A stretch of DNA of 64,000 nucleotides, from the NCBI GenBank assembly GCA_964415895.1, contig CAYQCC010000004.1, forward strand, positions 243-64,242. The letters are read 5' to 3'. Below, piece after piece: positions 40,540-49,928 of this stretch. Both the position numbers and the translations under genes were made by a program. The notes under the pieces are model-generated. The model saw only the letters and a list, made by a program, of their open reading frames with translations, made no database searches and was not told where the DNA came from. Position 1 is the stretch's first letter; each line of letters starts with the position of its first letter. Origin of the DNA: an uncultured Candidatus Saccharibacteria bacterium (lineage in GTDB: Bacteria > Patescibacteriota > Minisyncoccia > Phycocordibacterales > UBA1006).

Positions 40540-41529
40540 TTATATTTTGTGTCGTCCAAGTTTATGCTCGAATATTTGACTGCCTACAACTGCGCACAGA
40601 ACAAGGAAGAGATATATTCCTAGAATTCCCATAACCGATATCGGCAACGATCGCAACGAGCCAAGTATGAATGTACAAATCCATGACACCATCGATACAG
40701 CACCAAATGCGAATGCAAATTTACGTAAATGATGTAATTCGTGCGGATAATCCTGAGGTTCTTCGCCGAATGAAATCTTTACTAACTTTGGTGCAATCAA
40801 TAAGTTCAACAATACTCCGTTTACAAGAACAACGCCAAGAATCACAATCTTTGCCACAAACTTTGTTTTTATAAGATATTCGGCCGACGTTGGAAGGAAG
40901 AGTCCGACACCTGTCAGAATCAACATTCCAAGCGCAAACCACACAACTTGTGAAAGCGTATCCAAAATATCAGCTTCGCTTGCAGAAATCTTGTAATCTT
41001 TCAAAAACTTCATGAAAAACACGTCTGTCACAATCACTGTTCCGACACCAAGTGACGCAGCCAGCGCATGCATCACCACGATAACTGTTTTATATTCAAG
41101 CAAAAACGCGTGCAGGTTCGGACCCAAAGCTGCTCCCGAGAAAACTAATAGCACAATTGATGTGACTGCTGATAGTACACACCAGAAACACCATTCTCGA
41201 ATAACTAACGATTGCACAATCATCAAATAAACTGAAAAGACAACCGCCCCGACTGATAACAAGAATCCAATAACGTACAAATAGTCTGGCAGACTTCCTG
41301 CAAAGATCAAAAAGAATCCGTACAATGCTGCGATAAATCCGTAATATGCCATTCCTAGATTAGTAACATCTATTCCAAAAAACTTACTGTAGGTAGAATA
41401 AACAACAGATTCGCAATCAAATCCGATCGGACATACCAATGGCTGACCTACGTTTTTCTTGTGTCGGATCATCGACGCAATGACAAAGCCGATTAAGGCC
41501 ATAATTAACGTTAAAATATAAAAAATCAT
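40540..41529 (-). CDS. Vitamin K epoxide reductase (VKOR) family protein with additional C-terminal membrane domain
   Basis: C....C..V..S.YS..FG and C.WC. Confidence 0.85.
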   Translation of the reverse strand: MIFYILTLIMALIGFVIASMIRHKKNVGQPLVCPIGFDCESVVYSTYSKFFGIDVTNLGMAYYGFIAALYGFFLIFAGSLPDYLYVIGFLLSVGAVVFSVYLMIVQSLVIREWCFWCVLSAVTSIVLLVFSGAALGPNLHAFLLEYKTVIVVMHALAASLGVGTVIVTDVFFMKFLKDYKISASEADILDTLSQVVWFALGMLILTGVGLFLPTSAEYLIKTKFVAKIVILGVVLVNGVLLNLLIAPKLVKISFGEEPQDYPHELHHLRKFAFAFGAVSMVSWICTFILGSLRSLPISVMGILGIYLFLVLCAVVGSQIFEHKLGRHKI

Positions 41530-41594
41530 ATGGTTTGATTATATCATCAAGTTACAGGTTTTGCGAAATCAAAAAACCGCCTATTAAAAGCGAC

Positions 41595-41936
41595 TTATTG
41601 AATCTCGTTTATTTTTGCCGCGACAATAAAGTCGTTTTCAGATAACCCGCCAATGGAATGCGTCCACATATCCAAACCGATTCGGTTATACCAAATACTA
41701 ATATCTGGATGATGTCCTGCTTCTTCTGCAATATCCGCAACCTGATTCACCCATTTCATAGCAGTTACAAAGTCTGGGAATAACTTTTCCATCGTAATAT
41801 GCGTACATGCATCGTTTACATTCCATCCAACAAGACTTTCTGCATATTCGCTAAATAATTCTGCAGATTGTTCGCATGACAATGGTTCGATCGAACTGTC
41901 TTCACAGGGTACGCACTTTTTTTCAGAGAGTTTCAT
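41595..41936 (-). CDS. Pterin-4-alpha-carbinolamine dehydratase
   Basis: CVPC, AE..GHHPD and THSIGGLSENDF..AA. Confidence 0.92.
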   Translation of the reverse strand: MKLSEKKCVPCEDSSIEPLSCEQSAELFSEYAESLVGWNVNDACTHITMEKLFPDFVTAMKWVNQVADIAEEAGHHPDISIWYNRIGLDMWTHSIGGLSENDFIVAAKINEIQ

Positions 41937-42133
41937 GGATTGATTATATCATATGAAAACGAAAAGCGGCCATTACAGCCGCTTAAATTTTGCATTATGT
42001 TTCAGGTAATCCCTATGATTATTTGCCTTATTATTACTTCCTTGCCTGCATGATCGTATAGATAGCCAGACCTTTTAGTGCGCGCAGATAATCATAGACT
42101 TCTAACCTAGATCTATTCCTTTTCAGAAAAATG

Positions 42134-42676
42134 TCAATCTTTCCATTGGATCTTCTTCTGTTCTCGAACATCACATGTTTGAGCAACAAACGATACACGA
42201 CCAGAACCTGCTGCATAGGCACCATAACGAACTGGATTTTTATCTGCATAATCTTGATGATAATCTTCTGCATTATAAAATGTTGGAAGTGGCAATACAT
42301 CAACCGCGATTTTTGAATCAAACAATCCGCTTTCATCAAGTTCTTGTATCAAAGATGCTGCAATTGCCTGCTCTGTTTCATCTGCATAGTACATCGCAGT
42401 TTTATATGCTTCGCCTCGATCATGAAACTGTCCGCCTGCATCGGTTGGATCAATATGATCAAGAAAAAATTGGCAGAGTTTTTTATAGGATGTCTGCTCA
42501 GTGTCATATGTTACAAGTACTGCTTCACGGTAACCTTTGTGATTTTCATAACTTGGTGGAGTTTCCGATTCAGGACCACAATATCCAGATACAGCAGAAA
42601 TAACGCCAGGAATAGCTTTTAAATCATGCTCTACGCACCAGAAACATCCGCCTGCAAATACTGCTGTTTTGTTCAT
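42134..42676 (-). CDS. msrA: Peptide-methionine (S)-S-oxide reductase
   Basis: AGGCFWC, SGY, DPT...GQF.DRG and AE.YHQDY. Confidence 0.95.
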   Translation of the reverse strand: MNKTAVFAGGCFWCVEHDLKAIPGVISAVSGYCGPESETPPSYENHKGYREAVLVTYDTEQTSYKKLCQFFLDHIDPTDAGGQFHDRGEAYKTAMYYADETEQAIAASLIQELDESGLFDSKIAVDVLPLPTFYNAEDYHQDYADKNPVRYGAYAAGSGRVSFVAQTCDVREQKKIQWKD

Positions 42677-42765
42677 ATATCCAGTATACCAGAACAGAAT
42701 TGATTGCGATAATAACCAATTAACCCTATACTTATCATATTATTTAATAACTTTCATTTATCTCT

Positions 42766-43863
42766 ATGGAACAACGTGAGCAGAAAACAATCACTTTCTC
42801 AATTAAAACATTATTGAAATGGATTCTTGGTTTAATCATACTTATCGTAGTAGTACTTTTTATTATCCGATCACTTAGTCATTCTCGGATGTTAGGTGTA
42901 TCAGTTGGAGATTCTGTTTCAAGCAATGAAATTACATCTGTTGATTTTCAAGGCAGTGAAACAAGACTCGCAAACCCTATGAGCAGTGGCGCTTTTTACG
43001 GAGGAATGCAGATTCCGCCGATCTTCGGCCGCGATAACAATTCTGTTTCAGATACACGTGAATTCATGAAAGTTAATTATTCAGGAAGCATTAAAACACG
43101 TGATGTAAAAAATACAGCACGCGATGTGCGAGGAATTGTTCGTGATATGGATGGACGTATTGATAGTGAGACTGTAAACGAGAAATATGGATATGTGAGT
43201 TTTGTAATTCCAAAATCAAAATTGGACGATTTCCGAGACGAGATCGAAGCAATAACTCACAAGAAACTTTACACAGAAAATACATCATCACAGAACTTGT
43301 TAAATCAGAAGCAGAATATCGAGCAGAACATGGATCTGACAAACAAATCATTGTCAGACCTGCAGTCGGAAAAAACAAAAGCTGAAGCTGCTCACAACAA
43401 ATCTCTTGCTTCATTACAGGCTCAACTGAAAAGTCTGACAACATCAGCAGAAACCATGCGCGCCAAGCTCGACGCCATGCCTGCAGCAGAAGAAGGCTCA
43501 CCAGAACAAGCGCAGGCAAGAATGACACAAGAAAGCTACATTAATTTTTCAAACCAAGTAGTCGAGCTAAAGAATAAGATCGCTCAAGAAAATAGAGCGT
43601 TTACTGAAAACAAGAAAAGTTTTGATTCTGCGATTGGACAGTTCAATAATCAACTTGGCGAAATTAAAAAAGATGACAAAGCATTTGCTGAAAATATTGA
43701 AACAGTAAACGGATCAGTTTCAATGCAATGGGTCAACCTATGGCAATTAGCAAAAGTATTTTCACCAATTCATCCGATCATTATTATCCTATTACTCGCA
43801 ATCATCCTTTGGTACATCTTAAAAAGATTAAGAATTGTTCCGTTGGTAGTTGTTAAGTGGTAA
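42766..43863 (+). CDS. DUF4349-like membrane-anchored coiled-coil protein
   Basis: N- and C-terminal TM segments, G.I......IP...LD.F and a long coiled coil. Confidence 0.65.
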   Translation: MEQREQKTITFSIKTLLKWILGLIILIVVVLFIIRSLSHSRMLGVSVGDSVSSNEITSVDFQGSETRLANPMSSGAFYGGMQIPPIFGRDNNSVSDTREFMKVNYSGSIKTRDVKNTARDVRGIVRDMDGRIDSETVNEKYGYVSFVIPKSKLDDFRDEIEAITHKKLYTENTSSQNLLNQKQNIEQNMDLTNKSLSDLQSEKTKAEAAHNKSLASLQAQLKSLTTSAETMRAKLDAMPAAEEGSPEQAQARMTQESYINFSNQVVELKNKIAQENRAFTENKKSFDSAIGQFNNQLGEIKKDDKAFAENIETVNGSVSMQWVNLWQLAKVFSPIHPIIIILLLAIILWYILKRLRIVPLVVVKW

Positions 43864-43900
43864 ACAAAAAACCAGACTATGTGTCTGGTTTTTTCTATAG

Positions 43901-43984
43901 TGCGCGAGGGGAGACTTGAACTCCCACGGCCGTGAAGCCACTACCACCTCAAGGTAGCTTGTCTACCAGTTTCAACACCCGCGC
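43901..43984 (-). tRNA. tRNA-Leu(GAG)
   Basis: CTACC-TTGAGGT-GGTAG anticodon arm, long variable arm and T-loop TTCAAGT. Confidence 0.95.
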
Positions 43985-44042
43985 AATAGTTTCGAGTATA
44001 CGGATTTACGAGTTTTATTCAAGGTGTGTATTTTCTTACAAA

Positions 44043-44145
44043 TACTCCTCACCGCTTCGCGGAGCTCTTCTAAAAGAGGAGCCATAGTGCCGACGCTTGT
44101 AACATGCTCCTCCTTTAGAGGAGCTGTCCGAAGGACTGAGGAGTA
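44043..44145. repeat. REP-like nested palindromic element
   Basis: TACTCCTCA...TGAGGAGTA termini with inner hairpins CCGCTTCGCGG, GCTCTTCTAAAAGAGGAGC, GCTCCTCCTTTAGAGGAGC and GTCCGAAGGAC. Confidence 0.7.
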
Positions 44146-44184
44146 CTTGAAATACAAAATAAAAAAACACCTTTCGGCGATTGA

Positions 44185-44685
44185 TTATTCTGCGTCTTTT
44201 GACTCAGTTGTTTCTGATGTCTCGACAGCTTCTGGAGCTGCTTCAACGATCTCAGTTGGAACCTCTACGATTTCCTCTTCCATCATTTCTTCTGGCTGTG
44301 CCAAGTTAGATGATGATACGAAGAAGTCTGTAAAGTTTCGCATTTTACGCCTGATTGCTTTGGTTACCTTGTCTCGGATAAAGTAAAGTTTTGATCGGCG
44401 AACTTTTGCTCGTCGGATCACTTCAATCTTATCGATACTTGGAGAGTAGAGTGGAAAGATTCGCTCTACACCTACACCGTGAGAAATTTTGCGAACGGTG
44501 AATGTCGCACCTGCTTCTGTTCCGTGTTTGCGAGCAATCACGAGACCTTCGAACATCTGGATTCGGGTTTTACCCTTTTCCTCGATCTTCACATGGATAC
44601 GAACGGTATCACCGGTCCGTAGGTCCATCTCCTTGCGTACTGCAAGGGCTGCAGGAATGAATTGTGTATTGGTTATTTGTGCCAT
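44185..44685 (-). CDS. rplS: 50S ribosomal protein L19 (with acidic tail)
   Basis: [33 protein letters not shown] and KVRR.KLY. Confidence 0.96.
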   Translation of the reverse strand: MAQITNTQFIPAALAVRKEMDLRTGDTVRIHVKIEEKGKTRIQMFEGLVIARKHGTEAGATFTVRKISHGVGVERIFPLYSPSIDKIEVIRRAKVRRSKLYFIRDKVTKAIRRKMRNFTDFFVSSSNLAQPEEMMEEEIVEVPTEIVEAAPEAVETSETTESKDAE

Positions 44686-44738
44686 ACGTTTGTAATTAAA
44701 TAGTAACCCAAGGACATTAGCACGAAACTCCGGATTAA

Positions 44739-45476
44739 TCAAGAGACGGAAACTAAACTGAATTCTTTTGGCATAGGTGCTTCGAAAGAATATTCCTTTC
44801 CATCAAGATCAGAAAACGTGAGCTTTTTTGCATGAAGCGCTACTCGATTAAAGCCAAGTAAACCAACGCTTTTTGGCGCATACAGACCATCACCAATAAT
44901 AGGATGTTGAATTGATTTCATATGAACGCGCAATTGGTGTGTTCGTCCCGTTTCTGGAAACATTGATACTAATGAATAACGATTCCCTTTTGTATCTGCA
45001 AACTTCTTTTGTGTGACATAGCGAGTTACTGCAGGACGTAGCATTCCACGGGCACCACGACTGGTCGTCCATACACGAATATCGGTCGGATGACGTCCGA
45101 TCGCTGTACTGACGGTTCCACGATCATCTGCCCAGTCCAGTACGATTGCTGTGTATTCCTTTTGAATAGTGTGATCTTGGAATTGTTTTTTTAGTGATTC
45201 ATACGACTCTTTGGTTTTTGCAATAACCATGACACCGGATGTTTCGCGATCCAATCGATGAACGATTCCTGGTCGATCCAACGTCAGCTTCTCGCCTTTA
45301 TGGTCAATAACAAGAGGTTCACCTACTCCTTTAATATCAGGATGTGTTTCTAAAATCCAGTCGATCAACGTTTTACCTTCCCGACGTCCATCAGGATGTA
45401 CAACAAGACCAGATGGTTTGTTTATAACCAACACGTTTTCATTTTCAAATAATATTGTTGGTGTTAATGAGTTCAT
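44739..45476 (-). CDS. RluA-family pseudouridine synthase
   Basis: [18 protein letters not shown] and [10 protein letters not shown]. Confidence 0.93.
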   Translation of the reverse strand: MNSLTPTILFENENVLVINKPSGLVVHPDGRREGKTLIDWILETHPDIKGVGEPLVIDHKGEKLTLDRPGIVHRLDRETSGVMVIAKTKESYESLKKQFQDHTIQKEYTAIVLDWADDRGTVSTAIGRHPTDIRVWTTSRGARGMLRPAVTRYVTQKKFADTKGNRYSLVSMFPETGRTHQLRVHMKSIQHPIIGDGLYAPKSVGLLGFNRVALHAKKLTFSDLDGKEYSFEAPMPKEFSLVSVS

Positions 45477-45539
45477 AACCACAGTATGCACAAACCAGCC
45501 CCAATGTAAAAGAAAAACCTATAAGACCTTAATCGAAGA

Positions 45540-46052
45540 TCAAGTACTTATAGGTTCAAACTTAGTAATTTGTTTTGTTGCAATTCCAAGAGTTATCAGT
45601 CTCTTTGCAGTAATTCGCTGACCGTCCAGTGCATGTACTTGTGGTTTTGTCAGACTTGTCTTGCTAGAAATAAAACCAGCCATTTGATCACGTAAGTCCG
45701 ATAATCTTTTGTGGTCTATAGCAGGAATTATAATATAATTCGAGACAAAGACTGGCAAATGGATAATTCCAACGGACTCTAGAACAATAATACGCTCGTC
45801 ACCTAATAAAAATATTTTCAGGAAAGAAGAGACAAAGAGTTTTCCTATAGTTGAAACTTTTGTTCCGGATTTTTGAAGTTCCAGAATGCATGATTCAATT
45901 TCCTTATAGAATCCTATCTTTCCTCCGCTCTGAGCATTTATATAAATGATGATTTCGGCCGCAGATCGATTGTTAGTGCAAAAAGCCTTGAACTGTGCAA
46001 CATTTCCTTCTGAAAGTTCTTCAGAAAAGAAAAATGATGGTGTGTCCTTCAT
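45540..46052 (-). CDS. Divergent ClpP-like protein
   Basis: IIIYIN..GG, T.G....S....F..G..R and IH.P. Confidence 0.55.
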   Translation of the reverse strand: MKDTPSFFFSEELSEGNVAQFKAFCTNNRSAAEIIIYINAQSGGKIGFYKEIESCILELQKSGTKVSTIGKLFVSSFLKIFLLGDERIIVLESVGIIHLPVFVSNYIIIPAIDHKRLSDLRDQMAGFISSKTSLTKPQVHALDGQRITAKRLITLGIATKQITKFEPIST

Positions 46053-46128
46053 TTGACTTTTGTTTTTGTTTGATATATAATAGCATTGTTTATTAATTTA
46101 GTCAAGTACCCTCTGGGTACCACAATAT

Positions 46129-46317
46129 ATGTCAATGGAATCATTCTCTCAAAATGTGAAATCTGAACCAATCGAAGAAGTTACCGAAGCCGACATTAAT
46201 GTCGACGAAAGCGGAAACATGCGACGCCGACAAGAATTGCAAGATGGATCTGTAGGATTTTGGAGTGACGAAGAGGTTACTGAAGCAAATCGAAACTATC
46301 GAGAAAATCTTCACTAA
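46129..46317 (+). CDS. Small acidic hypothetical protein
   Basis: 62-aa ORF followed by a terminator-like hairpin. Confidence 0.5.
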   Translation: MSMESFSQNVKSEPIEEVTEADINVDESGNMRRRQELQDGSVGFWSDEEVTEANRNYRENLH

Positions 46318-46382
46318 TCATAAAAAACAGGTACTGCCTGTTTTTTGTTAAATTTTCAATTTTCTGGTAAGGTGATTTTACT

Positions 46383-46454
46383 GCCCTTGTAGTTCAATGG
46401 ATAGAACAGGAGACTTCTAAGCTCTTAATCGAGGTTCGATTCCTCGCGAGGGCA
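46383..46454 (+). tRNA. tRNA-Arg(UCU)
   Basis: GCCCTTG/CGAGGGC acceptor stem, anticodon loop CTTCTAA and T-loop TTCGATT. Confidence 0.92.
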
Positions 46455-46560
46455 CATTCAAGGCCGACGCGGAGGCCTCAAAAACCTTAGCAAATCTTTA
46501 TCTTTTCATTATGTATATTTCGTAATTATTTTATGGTAAGGTTCCATAATATATCCGTAT

Positions 46561-48492
46561 ATGCCTGATGAAAACAAAGAGACAACTCAAGAAAAACCAA
46601 AGAATCCCCTCGAAGGGTTTTTTGGCATCAAGGATACGACTAATCTCTATAACTATGTTTTAGTATTGCTTCGGCCAAAAGGAGTGGCCTACGAAATTGA
46701 TCCACTTTGGACAGCATATCAAAACATTATATCTGGCCAAGATGTAGAGATTACAGAAAATTTGATCATGGAATCATTAGAATTGATATTCAACCTAATT
46801 GAGCATGCACAAGGTAATTCCTGCAATCCTTCACCCTTTGTTACATACTGTGACGATATGGGTTTTTGGTTAAAGCCACGTTTGAAAGAAATTGTTGCAT
46901 ATGTGTCCAAAGTCGCACAAAAATATGATTATATAGAATTATCTGATCAGATAAAAAATATACTCACAGATACGGTTATTGACTCGGTCACTAACGGTAA
47001 TGACCAGGACTTATCTCTTGTTAAGGAGTTCATAAAAGAATTCGTTGTTTTGTATTTTCAAGCTCGATTGGAATTTAACAAAGTACCAGGTCGACTTTTA
47101 TATAAATTTCCAAGGTTCGAGGTTTTTGAAATTCTGAAAAATGAAGAGTATGGTCTTTATGGTCTTAATATGCACTTTTCAAATGGATCAAGCGCAAATT
47201 ATGAGCGTGTTGGCGAAAAAAGAACAGGGATGAATATTATGTGTGATCATCCAATAGGTTTTTTTGTTGGGATGAATGATGATTTAAAAAGGGAGTGGCG
47301 TATCGGCGATAAGCATCTTTACGAAATAGGACTTCCTGGAAGATATAATAATTGGGGCGAGTGGAGACCTCTCGTTCATCCGGGCGATTACACACAATTT
47401 GAGACGGAAAGTGTACGCATTGCTGAAGGCGATCTTGAAATAGCGAGCATCTTATTTTTTGTCATGTGTACTGGGCATAGAATAATTGAATTCGTAGCGA
47501 AAACACCAATAGAAATGCCGCATAGTGACTTTTCTCTGGGTGGCCACCTGTATTTGCATAAATGCGACAAGCCTGAGGAAAGTTCCCATCGGGCAAACGA
47601 TTTTGTTTTATATGATGGTCATTTTACTCTTGATGAACTCACCCCACTTGCGATAAGGTCAGCTATTGCTTCTATAAGTGTAGGCTTGAATCGCATGGCA
47701 TTTGCCTATGGATCAAACATTGAATGGGTGCCTAAATATTCAATGGTTCAGCACAACCCCCACGGCAAACCAACTCCTACTGAGGAGGATTTAAAAGTAC
47801 TTGAATCAATGCTGGTTGATTTTCCAAATAATGAAGACGCTATCGTTCTTGATATCTGCATAGACTGGTTTCACCGTGGGGAACTTGCGAGAAAGAAAAA
47901 TGTATTCCTTGCATTCCTTTGTTACTATATTGCACTAGAGAGTGTCGTTATCGCTATCACGGAAGGAGATGCTGATCTTGGATTTAATTATGAAAAAGAA
48001 ACCCGTACGGAAAGAAAAGATCGAGTGAATCAAGGAATCCGCAGTCTACACGAAGAACTATACGAGACCGATCCTGAAAAATTTATCAAGGAAGCCTATT
48101 TCAATCATGTTATTGGACTTAAACAAAGGACGAAACAAATCTGTGAACGAGTATTTGGAGAGGGTCACGAATATATGAAATCTTTGTTTGAAAAAAATGA
48201 GGACGGGTTTTCCCTTTCTGACTTGAGAAGCGAATTAGCACATGGAGGGGCAACCCTTCTAAGCACAGAACATAGAAAAATGATTCGCGAACGATTACCA
48301 GAACTAGCTGAAATTGTCACCAGTTTTGTTAAAAAAATTATTCTTAAACCAGAGCAGGAGTTTCCTAAATGGTCCCGTTCTCATAGTTTTTCTGTGTATC
48401 CAAGCGATCCAAGAGATACTATGATTATGACCGATGAAAGGGTGACGGGCAATGTGGGTGGCTGGAAAATAAAACCAGAGTGGATGGACTAG
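46561..48492 (+). CDS. Large protein with C-terminal HEPN-like (ApeA/MAE_28990-like) domain
   Basis: AFLCYYIALES helix and an Rx4H motif (LRSELAHG). Confidence 0.6.
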   Translation: MPDENKETTQEKPKNPLEGFFGIKDTTNLYNYVLVLLRPKGVAYEIDPLWTAYQNIISGQDVEITENLIMESLELIFNLIEHAQGNSCNPSPFVTYCDDMGFWLKPRLKEIVAYVSKVAQKYDYIELSDQIKNILTDTVIDSVTNGNDQDLSLVKEFIKEFVVLYFQARLEFNKVPGRLLYKFPRFEVFEILKNEEYGLYGLNMHFSNGSSANYERVGEKRTGMNIMCDHPIGFFVGMNDDLKREWRIGDKHLYEIGLPGRYNNWGEWRPLVHPGDYTQFETESVRIAEGDLEIASILFFVMCTGHRIIEFVAKTPIEMPHSDFSLGGHLYLHKCDKPEESSHRANDFVLYDGHFTLDELTPLAIRSAIASISVGLNRMAFAYGSNIEWVPKYSMVQHNPHGKPTPTEEDLKVLESMLVDFPNNEDAIVLDICIDWFHRGELARKKNVFLAFLCYYIALESVVIAITEGDADLGFNYEKETRTERKDRVNQGIRSLHEELYETDPEKFIKEAYFNHVIGLKQRTKQICERVFGEGHEYMKSLFEKNEDGFSLSDLRSELAHGGATLLSTEHRKMIRERLPELAEIVTSFVKKIILKPEQEFPKWSRSHSFSVYPSDPRDTMIMTDERVTGNVGGWKIKPEWMD

Positions 48493-48494
48493 AC

Positions 48495-49817
48495 CTACTC
48501 CATCATCAATTTCTTATCTTTCAATAAGATCTTACTCTTAATACAACTCAGCACCTCTCGTTTCTCGAGCATCGTGCCGTGCTGTAACATGTACTTTGCG
48601 AAGGTTTTAATGTTTATATCATTACGTTTTTTGGATTGTTGCAAATCCTGTTTCAATACCCCTGTCTGGAATAGTGCGTACCGTGCGACTTCTTTTTCAA
48701 GCTTTTGCTTCAATTCAGTCCTGTCGAGGTTCATCTTTTCAATAATCAACAGCATCTCATCGATGAGCAGTGCTTCTTTTACCGATTCATTTGGACAGTC
48801 CCTGTCTTTCACTTTGGTGCATCGGTAGTACACATGCGCATTGGATCCTCCGTCTTTGAGTACCTTGATCTTTTCCTCGGCAGTAATCCCTGAAGCACAA
48901 TAGGCGCAGTGAAGCATGCTCGTGAATGCAAACTCGCGACCGTACGTTTTCTTTTTTTCAACTTTTATTTTCTCTTGCGCGGCTTCAAATAATTCTCGGG
49001 TAATGATGGGTGTATGCTTGCCCGTATACCATTCCCCACTCTTTTCTGGATATTCAAATACTCCATAAAAGAATGTCATGCGAAGCAACCTGTAAATATT
49101 TCCAAGTGTCAACAATTTTCCGCTCTTGGTTTTGAATCCAGTTTCTTTGAGCCATTTGTATATCTTCCTGCCTGAGTAATTTTCATTGGCGACTTTTTCA
49201 AACATTTCTTTGATAATCGGTGCCCTTTTCGGATCCACGAATACCTGGCATTTCTCGTCCTTGTTCTTGCTATTCAGATATCCAGTCGGTGCCATGGATG
49301 GCCTCAATCCCATCGATGCGCGCGTTCGCAATCCTCGCTTCACATTGATCACCTTGTTGTCGTTCTCGAGCTTTGCCTGCGAACCAAGAATCATGAGAAG
49401 GAATTTTTCATTCGGATTGTTCGTGAACCTCTGCCCACCGAACGTTCGTATCTCAGTCAAAAGTCCCTGATCCATCAGATCCACAATTCTTCCGAGATCG
49501 CCTGCATTACGGCTGATACGGTCGGGTGCCCATGTCAGGATTCCATCGAATTTCTTTTGCTTTATTTCCTCGACAATCTCGTTGAATACTGGCCGTTGCC
49601 CTGCCTCCTTTGCGGAATGAGACTCCTGTTTTATGAGCACGATTTCCAAGTTCTCAGCTTCTGCCATTTTCTGCATTTCCTTGATCTGACTGTCTATGGA
49701 AAGTATCTGCTTGTCCTCCTGTTCCGTACTTTTTCGAGCATACAGGCAGTATTTCACCCTTACAGGTATTGACGGTTTCGCCATTACCCCTGTCGCCATT
49801 TGTTGCGTTATATTCAT
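48495..49817 (-). CDS. Large serine recombinase (CPR type)
   Basis: YARKSTE...Q..SI..Q, RP.F, DRISRN and a zinc ribbon (C.YC...YYRC). Start taken at MNITQQ. Confidence 0.92.
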   Translation of the reverse strand: MNITQQMATGVMAKPSIPVRVKYCLYARKSTEQEDKQILSIDSQIKEMQKMAEAENLEIVLIKQESHSAKEAGQRPVFNEIVEEIKQKKFDGILTWAPDRISRNAGDLGRIVDLMDQGLLTEIRTFGGQRFTNNPNEKFLLMILGSQAKLENDNKVINVKRGLRTRASMGLRPSMAPTGYLNSKNKDEKCQVFVDPKRAPIIKEMFEKVANENYSGRKIYKWLKETGFKTKSGKLLTLGNIYRLLRMTFFYGVFEYPEKSGEWYTGKHTPIITRELFEAAQEKIKVEKKKTYGREFAFTSMLHCAYCASGITAEEKIKVLKDGGSNAHVYYRCTKVKDRDCPNESVKEALLIDEMLLIIEKMNLDRTELKQKLEKEVARYALFQTGVLKQDLQQSKKRNDINIKTFAKYMLQHGTMLEKREVLSCIKSKILLKDKKLMME

Positions 49818-49928
49818 ACACACCATCAATGACGCAATCCCTCCGAGGAGTCCAGGACGGGTCTGTTGATAACTAATTCCTCTGAAAGTCCCAGATTTCG
49901 TTTTTCCAATGAAGGAATATAATCCGCA

